From: an uncultured Clostridia bacterium
GTDB lineage: Bacteria; Bacillota; Clostridia; Christensenellales; UBA3700
Direction of reading: 5' to 3'
Assembly: GCA_944383935.1 (NCBI GenBank)
Contig: CALWRK010000002.1
Coordinates: 1,064-65,063, forward strand
Length of the DNA: 64,000 nt
The position numbers and the translations under genes are program-made. The notes beneath the pieces were generated by a model. It was not told the origin of the DNA and did no database searches. It was given only the letters and a program-made list of their open reading frames with translations. Of the stretch, positions 37,205 to 48,200 are shown piece after piece; positions within the stretch are counted from its first letter, which is position 1; each line of letters starts with the position of its first letter.

Positions 37205-37325
37205 TTTGAGCACCTCCGTTATCGTATCCCGCCTCTTGCAGGACGCGACTTACGCCTAAGTATCCTGCGCAAGCATTTATATCATATTATAAAAATTCCC
37301 GCCCGTCAAGCGGTTTTCACTTCTC

Positions 37326-37757
37326 TTAAAGGGGGAGTTTGCGAGGATTGTCCAAATATGTCTGCAATATCACGGTGGCAGCCACCCTATCTATCACGTC
37401 CTTTCTCTTTTCCCTTCTCATTCCCGATTCTATGAGCACTCTTTCGGACGTGACGGTGGTGAGGCGCTCGTCCTGGAAAACCACCCTCGCCTGCGTGAGC
37501 TCGGCGAGTTTGCCGCCCCACTCTTCAGCCGCCAAAGCGCGGGGACCTTTGCTCCCGTCCATATTCAGCGGAAGCCCGACTACCACGACGCCCGCGTTTT
37601 GTTCTCGTATAAGTTTCAGAATATGGGCGAAATCCTCTTCGTCATTTTTTCTATAATACGTTTCCAATGCGTTTGCGACTATACCCATCATGTCGCTCAC
37701 GGCTATACCCACGCGTACGTCGCCCAAATCTATCGCCATATATCTCTTTCCCGTCAT
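37326..37757 (-). CDS. ruvX: Holliday junction resolvase-like RuvX/YqgF
   Basis: 143 aa. YMAIDLGDVRVGIAVSD and VVVGLPLNMDGS motifs. Confidence 0.9.
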   Translation of the reverse strand: MTGKRYMAIDLGDVRVGIAVSDMMGIVANALETYYRKNDEEDFAHILKLIREQNAGVVVVGLPLNMDGSKGPRALAAEEWGGKLAELTQARVVFQDERLTTVTSERVLIESGMRREKRKDVIDRVAATVILQTYLDNPRKLPL

Positions 37758-37765
37758 ATCTCCTC

Positions 37766-39496
37766 CTATTCTATCCTTTCAATCCCTTCGCTCATGCGCT
37801 TTACGCTGTTTATGCGGAAAACACAGAACACTATTATCGCAAACGCCGTCATTGCTCCCCATATGGCTGCGGACGCGGCGTATTTTTCCAGTCCCGCAAA
37901 GGGGATGCCGATGTAAAGCGCCAGCCCCACTATTGCCACGACGAGCGAAATCAGCATGGACATGAGCGTCTTGGACGAGGATTTGACCAGTTCCCGTATG
38001 TTGTTATAGATAAGTTTGGGCTGTTTGATATCTCTCCACACCGAAAATGTGTTTATTCCCATATTTATCAAGGTTACGGATATGAGCGCGCCGAAGAAGT
38101 CCACGACGTTGAACACGGATAGCGACAGGAGAACTATATCGTCCACCAATATGCAGATAAAGGAGAATATATCCGCAAGTATCAACTTGGATATTACTAT
38201 GTCCCTGCCCGACACGGGCATGAAGCGCACTATCTTAAAACTCTGCCCCTCTCGTGAAACGGCTATCGACGCCAAAAGATTGGTACCGCAGGTGAAGAGA
38301 ATAAGCAGCAGTAGCGAAGTGGCGCCGTTTATAACGGGATACATATCCTCCGTGCCCTCTGCCGCGCCCATGGGGAGCGCGATGTTTATTATCAGCAACA
38401 TTATGGGACCCAATATCAGCCCCGAAAGCGACTGGAATGCCAGCTGAGGTTCCCTGAGCAATGTAATAAAATCCTTTTTTATGAGTGCAAGCCTTACGCC
38501 GGCGCTTTTGATATGCCTTTCTTTTTCCTGCTGCTTTTTCTTACCGGTGCTCACCACCGCCCTTGTATCCGCCAAGGTGAAGAACACCCTGCTGCCGATA
38601 ATGGTGAGCGCGGCGCAGCCTATTATAACCGCAACGTAGATGAGAGAACTTTCCCACTCTCCGCACATCCCCGCAGCCGCGAAGTAGGACGGATAGACGT
38701 AACGGGTAAAGCCGCACATACTCTCCATGAGCGCGCCTACCATCTCAAAACTCACCTGACTGCCGTCTATTACTATCCCTGACATACCGTTTTGCAGGGC
38801 GAAATACCCGACATAGATGAGAGCGAAAAATGCGCCGTACGCCAGCATCATGATCACCGTCTTTACCGCCGAAGTGCGCTTAAAATAGGAGATTATCTTC
38901 ATGAGCGGAAAGGACAAGACCGCCATAATAAAGAGGGGCAGTACGGGAAGCGTGAGTCCCGCCACTATCATCATGATATAATATTCCGCAGTACCGGATA
39001 TCGCCGTCTGCGCCGTGGGAGTGACGATTCCCTGCGCAATCAGTTCCGCATACATGACCTCAGCCGACGCACTGCCCGCGGCGATCACTGCGCCGCCGAT
39101 CACAGACAAGACAACGCTTATGAGCGCGGTGGATATGTAGATGATGAGCATCCTGGATACAAACACCGCACTGCCGCCTATCGGCATGGACGATAACAGT
39201 TGTCTGTCCTTTGAAAACCATACGGTATTCACATAGGACGGCAGGAAAAATACCAAAATTATAAGCTGTATCGCCGTAAATACCAAATTGATAAGCTCGT
39301 CTGCAAAGCCTCCGAATAATACCGCCACCTGCGCCATGAAATATAGCATGACGAATATCAGGGCGAGAGGAATGGCAAACGCCACCAATAGCAGAACCAA
39401 AAGCCCTATCCTCTTTGCCATTTTACTCTTATCGCCCAAAAGCGACTGGAAGTTTAATTTTAGATCCAGCTTGAATACGGAAAGAAAATTCGTCAT
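37766..39496 (-). CDS. large polytopic ABC transporter permease (unknown substrate)
   Basis: 576 aa, hydrophobic almost throughout (more than 10 predicted TM segments). Its start overlaps the stop of the upstream ABC ATPase (translational coupling). Confidence 0.6.
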   Translation of the reverse strand: MTNFLSVFKLDLKLNFQSLLGDKSKMAKRIGLLVLLLVAFAIPLALIFVMLYFMAQVAVLFGGFADELINLVFTAIQLIILVFFLPSYVNTVWFSKDRQLLSSMPIGGSAVFVSRMLIIYISTALISVVLSVIGGAVIAAGSASAEVMYAELIAQGIVTPTAQTAISGTAEYYIMMIVAGLTLPVLPLFIMAVLSFPLMKIISYFKRTSAVKTVIMMLAYGAFFALIYVGYFALQNGMSGIVIDGSQVSFEMVGALMESMCGFTRYVYPSYFAAAGMCGEWESSLIYVAVIIGCAALTIIGSRVFFTLADTRAVVSTGKKKQQEKERHIKSAGVRLALIKKDFITLLREPQLAFQSLSGLILGPIMLLIINIALPMGAAEGTEDMYPVINGATSLLLLILFTCGTNLLASIAVSREGQSFKIVRFMPVSGRDIVISKLILADIFSFICILVDDIVLLSLSVFNVVDFFGALISVTLINMGINTFSVWRDIKQPKLIYNNIRELVKSSSKTLMSMLISLVVAIVGLALYIGIPFAGLEKYAASAAIWGAMTAFAIIVFCVFRINSVKRMSEGIERIE

Positions 39497-40251
39497 ACGC
39501 CCTCTTCTCCATCCGCAAGACTCCCTTCTCCCGTGACGGAAAGGAAGAAGTCTTCCAAGGACGCATCCTCATACACTTCCTTCAACTCCGAAGTGCTGAG
39601 AGATCTGATTATACTGCCGCGGTTGATTATGAGCACCCTGTCGCACAGCTTCTCCACCACTTCCAAAACGTGTGAGGAAAAAAATACGCAGTTGCCCTCT
39701 TCGCAGTGCTTTTTCATCAGCTGTTTAAGCATATGCGAAGAACGAGGATCCAGCCCCGTCATAGGCTCATCCAAAATCCACACCTTAGGTCTGTGCACAA
39801 GCGCGGCTATGATACATATCTTCTGTTTCATGCCGTGCGAATAGGTATTTATCTGCTTGGAAAGCGCGTCCGTCAATTCCAACATCTCAGCGAGTTCTTC
39901 TATCCTCGCTTTGCGCTCCGCCGCAGGTACTCGATACACGTTGCATACAAAGCCCAAGTAGTCGTAACCCGTGAGATTTTCATACGTCGCATGGTCATCG
40001 GAAACATAGCCTACGTTCATCTTTGCGTTTATGGGATCTCTCTTTAAGTCGTAGCCGCATATCTCCACGCTACCGCCGTCATACGGCTGAATGCCCGTAA
40101 TGCACTTAATGGTGGTGGACTTACCCGCTCCGTTCGGCCCCACAAAAGCCACTATCTCCCCTCCGTTGACCTCGAAATTTATGTCGGACACGGCGGTTGT
40201 TGCCTGTCCTTTGTATATCTTGGTCAGATTTTTGACTGAAATCATTGCCAT
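39493..40251 (-). CDS. ABC transporter ATP-binding protein
   Basis: Walker A GPNGAGKST, signature-like YSHGMKQK, Walker B VWILDEP. Confidence 0.88.
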   Translation of the reverse strand: MAMISVKNLTKIYKGQATTAVSDINFEVNGGEIVAFVGPNGAGKSTTIKCITGIQPYDGGSVEICGYDLKRDPINAKMNVGYVSDDHATYENLTGYDYLGFVCNVYRVPAAERKARIEELAEMLELTDALSKQINTYSHGMKQKICIIAALVHRPKVWILDEPMTGLDPRSSHMLKQLMKKHCEEGNCVFFSSHVLEVVEKLCDRVLIINRGSIIRSLSTSELKEVYEDASLEDFFLSVTGEGSLADGEEGV

Positions 40252-40254
40252 AAC

Positions 40255-41547
40255 TTACCCCTTGTTTCTCCTTATATTTTTTGCCCTTACAAGCATTTTT
40301 TCATATCCGTTGGACGAGGGCGTGTAGAACCGGCTTTCTTTGAGCTTATCAGGCAGATATTGCTGATCCACCCAACCGCCGTAGTCGTGCGGATATTTAT
40401 ATCCGCCCGCGTGCACTCCTGAGTAATGATCGTCCCTTAAATGCGGAGGAACGTTGTCGTCCTTCACCTGCTCCACCGCCTTGGAAACGCGCTCCATTGC
40501 CTGCACCACGGAGGGAGATTTGGACGCTTCGCACACATAGATAATCGCATTATAGAGGGGAATTTTCCCTTCAGGCATACCTATATGTTCATACGCCGTC
40601 ATCGCGGACACCGCGATAACAAGCGCCTGCGGGTCTGCCATGCCTACATCTTCTGACGAATGCACCACCACTCTCCTGGCTATCAACATGGGATCGCACC
40701 CCGCCTTAATCAGTCTCTCCGCCCAATAGAGGGCCGCGTCGCTGTCACTGCCGCGCAGCGACTTGCAGAAAGCGCTGAGCATATCATAATACATATTCTC
40801 GTCCACGCTCAAAGACTTCTTTTGAATGGACTGCTCCGCCGTCTTCAAATCTATATGCACGACGTTATCCGCTCCCGCCTGAGTTGTGAGAAACGCCAGT
40901 TCCAAAGCGTTGAGCGCTGTGCGAACATCTCCGTCGCTCGCCCAGATCAGATGCTCCATCGCGTCCTTATCCAGCTTTATCTTGTATTCGCCCAATCCGT
41001 TCTCCTTATCGGTAAGCGCATGGGATATGGCGTCTTGCATATCCTTTTTCTCCAACTTGTGAAACTCAAATATCCTGCATCTGGACACGATTGCCCTGGT
41101 CATGGCTATATACGGATTTTCCGTAGTGGAGCCTATAAAAATGATGTACCCCTCTTCTATTGCCGAAAGCACGCAATCGCTCTGCGCCTTGTTCCAGCGA
41201 TGACACTCGTCCAAAAGAAGATATGTCTTTACGCCGTCCGTCATTCTGCGCCTGCGGGCGTCGTCTATCACCTTCTTCGCGTCCGCAACTCCGCTGGACA
41301 CCGCGTTCAGCTTTACAAATGCACCGCCGGTAGTGTTTGCTATTATGTTGGCAAGAGTCGTCTTTCCGCACCCGGGAGGTCCGTAAAAAATACAGCTACC
41401 CAAAGTGTCCGTCTTTATCGCTCTGCGGAGCAATGTCCCCTCGCCCACAATGTGCTCTTGACCGTAAAAATCGTCCAACGTCGTAGGGCGCATTCTCTCC
41501 GCAAGCGGCTTGCCTTTATTCATATTCATGTCAAACAATGTCTGCAT
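40255..41547 (-). CDS. rarA: replication-associated recombination protein A (AAA+ MgsA/RarA)
   Basis: PLAERMRPTTLDDFYGQEHIVG, Walker A GPPGCGKTT, LLDECHRWNK and a C-terminal MgsA domain. Start set at ATG 41547 because the track start (TTG 41583) is the -35 box of a consensus promoter. Confidence 0.88.
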   Translation of the reverse strand: MQTLFDMNMNKGKPLAERMRPTTLDDFYGQEHIVGEGTLLRRAIKTDTLGSCIFYGPPGCGKTTLANIIANTTGGAFVKLNAVSSGVADAKKVIDDARRRRMTDGVKTYLLLDECHRWNKAQSDCVLSAIEEGYIIFIGSTTENPYIAMTRAIVSRCRIFEFHKLEKKDMQDAISHALTDKENGLGEYKIKLDKDAMEHLIWASDGDVRTALNALELAFLTTQAGADNVVHIDLKTAEQSIQKKSLSVDENMYYDMLSAFCKSLRGSDSDAALYWAERLIKAGCDPMLIARRVVVHSSEDVGMADPQALVIAVSAMTAYEHIGMPEGKIPLYNAIIYVCEASKSPSVVQAMERVSKAVEQVKDDNVPPHLRDDHYSGVHAGGYKYPHDYGGWVDQQYLPDKLKESRFYTPSSNGYEKMLVRAKNIRRNKG

Positions 41548-41553
41548 ATGCTT

Positions 41554-41583
41554 ATTATACAGGAAACGGCGCGAGCCTGTCAA
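41554..41583 (-). promoter_or_regulatory. perfect-consensus sigma-A promoter abutting the rarA ATG (leaderless configuration)
   Basis: Minus strand reads TTGACA-ggctcgcgccgtttcctg (18)-TATAAT-aagcat-ATG. An A/T-rich stretch lies upstream of the -35. Confidence 0.65.
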
Positions 41584-41704
41584 TTATTAAATATTGCGCT
41601 ACTCCGCACCCACCCACATAAACATCATACAAGATTACCCCCGTCAAGTAAACGGAGGGGAAAATACTTTGTCGATTATTTTTTATGTTATTGCGATAGT
41701 TTGA

Positions 41705-42151
41705 TTACATTACATAAGGAGCGTTAAAAGTGTAAGTTTCATCTTCCAAAACGACTATCAACTTATATTCAGGAGCCGCGTTCGCATATTCGGCTATGCT
41801 CACAATGGCATATCCCAAGCGGTTTTCGCACATCAAATCGTAATAGGTTGTGCGGTAATCAATCTGCTCGCTGCCCTTTATCTCAAAATATTTGCGCTCC
41901 CCGTTAAAAGTATCCAATATGGTAAAACCGTCTTTCCCTGTAATCACGTCCATGTCGCGCTCTATCGCAAAAGGGTATTCGTCGGAAAACTCCTCGCCGC
42001 AATATCCGGTTATACCGCTCTTATACTGCAAGGAGTAAAATCTCCAATCCTTTCCCTCTATGGTCGGAGAGTCTGCGCAGCTTGCTACCGAAACGGATAT
42101 CGCGACAATAACGATAAGCATCGCCGCAATTACGATCAACCTCTTTTTCAT
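41705..42151 (-). CDS. small lipoprotein of unknown function
   Basis: 148 aa. Signal peptide plus lipobox MKKRLIVIAAMLIVIVAISVSVAS-C. SD AAGGAG upstream. I recognise no family. Confidence 0.7.
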   Translation of the reverse strand: MKKRLIVIAAMLIVIVAISVSVASCADSPTIEGKDWRFYSLQYKSGITGYCGEEFSDEYPFAIERDMDVITGKDGFTILDTFNGERKYFEIKGSEQIDYRTTYYDLMCENRLGYAIVSIAEYANAAPEYKLIVVLEDETYTFNAPYVM

Positions 42152-42169
42152 TTGTGCTCCTTTATCAAA

Positions 42170-42198
42170 AGTATATCATTCGTTTATGGCTGAGTCAA
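42170..42198 (-). promoter_or_regulatory. sigma-A promoter of the lipoprotein gene
   Basis: Minus strand reads TTGACT-17 nt-TATACT, 18 nt upstream of the ATG, with AAGGAG in between. Confidence 0.6.
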
Positions 42199-42257
42199 CG
42201 ACTTTTTATCATTTGTTAATGTCTTTTTAATTTGGTCGACAGATCACTACATTTTTG

Positions 42258-45200
42258 TCAGTTTTCTTTCCTCTTAAATATGAAAGTAATCTCATATCTT
42301 CCCTTGGCACGATCTATACTCACGGGAACGCCGGTGAGCATAACTCCGTTTTCAATTACGCAATCCCTATCTCCGTAATCGTATCTTACGCAAAACTCCG
42401 CTTCTTTATGCGTAAACGTTATAATAGGTCTTACATCCCGCGCTATCGGACGGCGGCATTCTATGGCTCCGTTTCTTATGCGAAAGCCGAGGTAATCTTC
42501 CAAATAGGTCTTGTAATACCATGCCGCGCTGCCCGTATACCAGCTCCATCCCGCTCTGCCCTTCATGTCCTTGTTGTAATATACGTCTGCGGCGATGACG
42601 TAAGGTTCCGCACAATACCTATCCTTACCGTCCCCCTCGCAAAGATATATAGGATTTAGTATTTTAGCGAGCTTTTGAGCATACTCTGCGTCCCCCGCCA
42701 TGCAAAATGCCTTAAACAGCCATATGGCTCCGTGCGTATACTGTCCCCCGTTCTCCCTCACCCCCTTGGGATATGCCGAAATATACCCGCAGTCAAAAGT
42801 CTTTTCAAACGGCGGCGCCAAAAGTCTGACGACTCCCGCATCTTCGTCTATCAGTTTTTTAGCGTGAGCCATGCAGGATTTTATCCGCTCCGTGTTCGCT
42901 ATTCCGGAAATAACCGCCCACGCCTGGGAGATAATATCCACTTTGCACGCTGGGGAATTATCTCTGCCCAGCCACACTCCTCCGTCAGTGAACGCACGGG
43001 CGTATCTGCCGTCGAAGTAGGCGTTGTTCACCGCGTCGGACAGTTCCGCAACCAAGCGGATGTAATCCCCCCGCATACCGACATCCATGAGCGGCAAGAT
43101 CTTTTTGATCACACACACGGCAAATTCCGTGAGCCACACGCTTTCTCCGCGCCCGCCCAAACCTATGCCGTTGAGAGCGTCGTTCCAATCTCCGCCGCCT
43201 ATTAAAAGAAGTCCGTGCTCTCCCCTGTTGGCGGCACTGTCCACCGCGCGCAAAATATGGTCTGATAACGTGCCTTTTTCTCCCGCATACACTCCCGTTT
43301 CCAGGCGCGATTCTTCCCCGTCTTTCAATATAGCCGAATGAAGATAGGGAATCTCTCTATCCAAAATTCCCTTATCGCCTGTATGCTCGATATACTCGGC
43401 TGTAACATATCCCAAAAACAACCTGTCATCCGTTATCCGTGTGCGCACTCCCAGACACGGACGATGCCACCAATGCATTACGTCGCCCTCCTCGTATTGA
43501 TGCGCCGCACACTCGACAATCATATCCGCGACATAGTCGGGGTCGGAATAGATATGCGCCAAACAATCTTGCAGCTGATCGCGAAACCCTATCGCTCCCC
43601 CTGCCTGATAATATCCGCACCTGCCGCTCAAACGAGAGGAATATACCTGATAAGGCAAGAGTTCCATGAGCAATTTTTCTTCCGCAGGAACGCCTTCAAA
43701 TCGTATTTTACATATGTTCTCAAACTTACGGAGCTGTTTTTTCCATTCATCATTCACATCATCGGCAGACATGGATAAAAGGGTATTTCCCTCTGCACCG
43801 ATTAAAAAATCCACTTCGGCGCACTCTCCCACGGGCAAGATAAGGCTCTTTACTATCTGCGCGCAGGGCACGTTGTATTTCCCCATTCCAACTTCTTCAT
43901 AATATATACTTCCGCTCTTAGCGCACATATAGCTATGAAAAACTTGGACCTTGCCGCCCTGCAAACATCTGACGAATGCACGCTTGCCCGTAACCAGGTT
44001 TTCCGCGGCAATGCACCCTCCTCTCTCGAATATATTCAATCCCCACGGGTCGTATATCCTGCCCAGCAGAAAATCCATGTCAAAGATAATATCCGCACTT
44101 TCCTTGCCGTGTACGTTTTTGATGAGCAGGCGATATACCCGGCACTCTCCGTTGCGGATAATGCCCGTCTGTAATAGATATCTGAACCCTTCCGCCATCC
44201 CCTCAAAACAGGTGAATCCCCTGCCGTGTTCGACATATCCGCCGGCTTGAATGCGATTGACCTGCGTCAAACTGTCATCCACCGCAAGATATATCCGCTC
44301 GGATGGCACATCTTCCGCCGGGTCGTTGTTCCATACGCTGAGTTTTTCTTCACAAGCGTTTTCGCCGAATGTGAACCCGCCGCCCATCTCCGTAACCACG
44401 CAACCGCCCTTTTCATCGGCAATAACGTTGGAATACGGCAGAGGAGTAGGCGAAGATATCACATAGTTTTCTCCTACCGTGAAATATCCATACCCGCTTT
44501 TTAACGCGATTTTCGGTTTATAGATATGCTCGCTTATGCCTTTTCTGAATTTTTTAACAGAGGCAAATATATGGATATCTTGGGAATCTTCTTCTATATT
44601 CTCCTCAAAATAATTATCAAGGCTCGGCTCGTAACCGTCTTTAATAACGTCTCCTATTGCACCGCGCGACACATCTTGCCCGTTGCCGTAACCCAGGCTG
44701 TTATCCTCGCTTTCTCTCCGGACATTTCCATAAAGCAAATCGGTAAAATACACTATAGGTCGGGGAAGTTCGGATTCTATCTGTAATATGTCTTTTATAT
44801 GCACTATATTTAACTTTTCAATATTGCCGGCACAAGTGGCATGGAGCACATAATCGCGCTTATGCGGATAATATCTGTCCGATTTATCTAAAACTACATA
44901 GAGTTTGCAGGACAATCCGCACAAATTCATATATAAAATTGCGCAAATCGCGCTCTCCAACAGATGGAAATCTCTTTCATAATCTATTACGAATATCTTG
45001 CCGAGGGAGGTTAAATTATATGGTTGTATTTTTTGTGCACTTTGAACATTATACACCATTACGGGGGCAAGTTCATCTATCAACTCGTTTACCGCACCGA
45101 ATGAGCGATATTTTGAAGTGCGCAAAGAATACATACTTGCACATCTTTCACAGTATGCGTAATAATTTTCTTCATCCATGTCGGCAATATACTTTTCCAG

Positions 45201-48200
45201 TTCCTCTTTGTCATTTGAAAAAGCCTTCAGAATATATACATCTTTACTCTCTCCGGGCGATATCGTGAGTTTGCATTTTATGGATATTATGGGATATAGC
45301 ACATCGTTAAATTCATAACCTGTACCTCTGTATTCCTTGGCGGCATTGCAATTATATCGCACATCTTTTGCCCCGTGCAATTTCACTGCGGCATAGAAAT
45401 CTTTTTCCTCTCCCCTTCCTCTCTTTTCCAGTATGACTCCGCTTTCCGTTCTTTGCGCGGATACGAACATATCCGAATATACGGGATGTGACAGATACTC
45501 TTCCTCCCTTGCCATGCTCAGGCGCTCTGAGTAGGATATATCGTACTCTTTCACTTTATCGGAAGAATTTTTCACTGTAAGTTTTCTCATTTCCCCTACC
45601 GCGCCCGTGAGCAAAAATACTTTCATTTTACAACTTCTGCTTATATTTTCATATTCTGCGCTTTCGGTATTATATGTGAATGTATATTTTTCCTCCTCTG
45701 ATTTTTGCGGGATATATGTGGGAGAATACTCATCCGCCCCATCCGTTACAATAAAGAACCCTCCGTCTGCCCTCTTAGGGTCTTTACGCCACCTGTTCAC
45801 CATATATCCGTTATAGATCGCATAGCCGCATCCGCTCTCCGTAAACGCCGCGGAATATTTATCTTCCGACAAGAGGGCGACTTTCAAATCTCCCGCGCCG
45901 TCCGACGTGCGGAAAAATGAAGACGCTGCCGAGTTTGCATATACAAAGTCCGCCTTGGGTTTTCTTGCGCTTACGGTGCGGGGAAGCCTCTCTTCCAGCA
46001 TAAGTTCTCCTCCGCGCATATAATCGTCGGACATAAACAAGCGGGAGATTACATTCCCTTTTAAGGCGTTTGTTATAGCGGCAAGCAACATTCCCTGATG
46101 ATGGGTCATGTAGCTGCAAACCAGCTTCCCGCCTGCGGAATAATCCACCGCTTCACAAAATCCGAACTTCCCGTAAACTCCGCGCTTTTTCAATTTTTTT
46201 AGATTGGCAGCCGCCCTATGAGGCTTATATTTCAGCATAAGTGCGGAAGAATAGGGAGATATGACACATCTGTTCTCTCCCGATTTCAAAGCCAGCTCCT
46301 CCAATCCCCACTGACCGTATCTGTAATTACCTCTGTCGTCAAAGGCATAATAGCCGCTCTCGCTTATTCCGAATACCCCATTACACGCCGATGCGGACAT
46401 AATAGAACACGCGCTTGCACACGAGTGCGTAAGCAGTGAATACGGCACGTCGGAAAAGAATATCTGCGGCATGAGATATTCAAACGCGGTCCCTGCCCAC
46501 GATACAAGCATATTTCCCCGCTCACCTATTATATCCCTGCGCAAATTCTCCCACGCATTTATATTACGACAAGAGGCGATATACGCCAGGATTCTCGCTT
46601 CCGACGCCAGCATATCGTAGTGCCCTTCATATATTCCGCTGTCCTTATTATAGCCAATATAAAATCTCCCGTTATGCTTATCTAGCAGCGCTTCGAGTTT
46701 CATTGCGTCCAGTATCCTGTCGATATCGGCAAAATCACAGCCGTGCCTTCGCAAAAACGCCCTTGCCGTAATCAGGCACGCCGCCAAATTCCCGTTATCC
46801 ACGCTGGATATGAATGCGGGGTGCTTGACCTCTCCGCTTGAAGAGTACCAATTATAAAAATTTCCTCTCCATGTCTTTAATTTTCCCAATCTTGCCACGT
46901 CCTCGTCTATCCTCTTCACAGCGGTTGCAATATCCGTGATTCCGCATTCCGCCGCGCAGACATGGGCGAGAACTCCCATTCCCAAATTTGTAGGCGAAGT
47001 CATATCCGCTATCCTGCCGCCCGTTTCAAAGGAATAATTGTCGGCTATAAGCGGAGTTTTCTCCCGCATATAGGAAAAATAAGAATATGTGTCCGTAGCT
47101 ACCCCTCTCAAAAATGCGTCTGAATTGCATTTATGCCCTTTTAAGCGGATATTCCCGACAGCCGTAAGACAGGCATATGCTATACCGACTGCCGCGTAGA
47201 CGAGCACCGCCGTGTGCATATATAGCGTACCGGCAAGTACGGCAAGCAGCAATATCCCCGGGAATATCGCAGCAAAGTGCGCGCTCAAAGGCTCGTGCAT
47301 CGTCCCCGCAAACGTGCGCCATTCAAGCAGGTTCTTGCGAAATATACATCTATATAGCGTTTTTATCACCACAATAATACTCGACGTCGCATAAAAAGGC
47401 AGCATGACTATGCCTTCCATCCCGCCTAATATCGCAAAGATGAACTCCGACAAGGCATATCTCAGCCTCACTCCGCTCGCAAGAGAATAGAGGGCAAAGC
47501 CCGCCTGTATGAGCGGCACCGCCAAAAGGCATATCCCGACGACCGCCGCGAGAGGCACGCTTCCCAATACAAGGGCTGCGATAAGTGCGGCAAGCATTGC
47601 GACGGGTGAGAACACCCTTATCGCATTTCTCAAAATTATATATCTGTAAAGCGGATGCACTCTGTTTGCGGAAAATGCCAGCGGCAACAGCAACAGATCT
47701 CCCCTATGCCAGCGCTCCGTGCGCGCCGCCTCCGCAGCAAAAGTGGGCGGAATGTCCTCATACACAAAATCCCCCGCTGCGGCGCAGTTCGTTAGCGCTC
47801 CCTCGGCTATATCGTGGCTGAGTACTTTGCCTTGCGGCAGTACGCCGCGCAATTTTTTATCGAACCTCTTCAAATTATATATACCTTTGCCGCAAAACAC
47901 GCTCTGTTTGCACAAATTGTAGTAAAAATCCGAATAACTGCAATACTCCTCCGTTCCGCTTTCCCTAAGATAGCGCAGTGAATATAGCGTCTTTACGGAC
48001 GACAAATTGTACCTGCATCCGAAAGAGAGTATGTCGTACTTGCTTGCCAAAGGATGAATAGCCGCACCCACCGCTCTCTTCACTCCGCCCACTCCCAACT
48101 TCGAATCGCTGTCCAAAAGTATGACAAATACGGGTGTGAACGGCGTGCTGCTTATATATTCGAATGCGGAGGAATCTCCCCTAAGCAGAAGGGAATTCAA

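Noticed and set aside
41637-41660. Imperfect hairpin (CCCCUCCGU…ACGGGGG) after the lipoprotein gene, considered as its terminator
   Set aside because: The stem is bulged and no downstream U-tract is present. Evidence is too weak to annotate.
40660-41727. 355-aa + strand ORF
   Set aside because: It is antisense to rarA (AAA+ motifs are unambiguous on the minus strand), a typical long shadow ORF in a moderately GC-rich gene.
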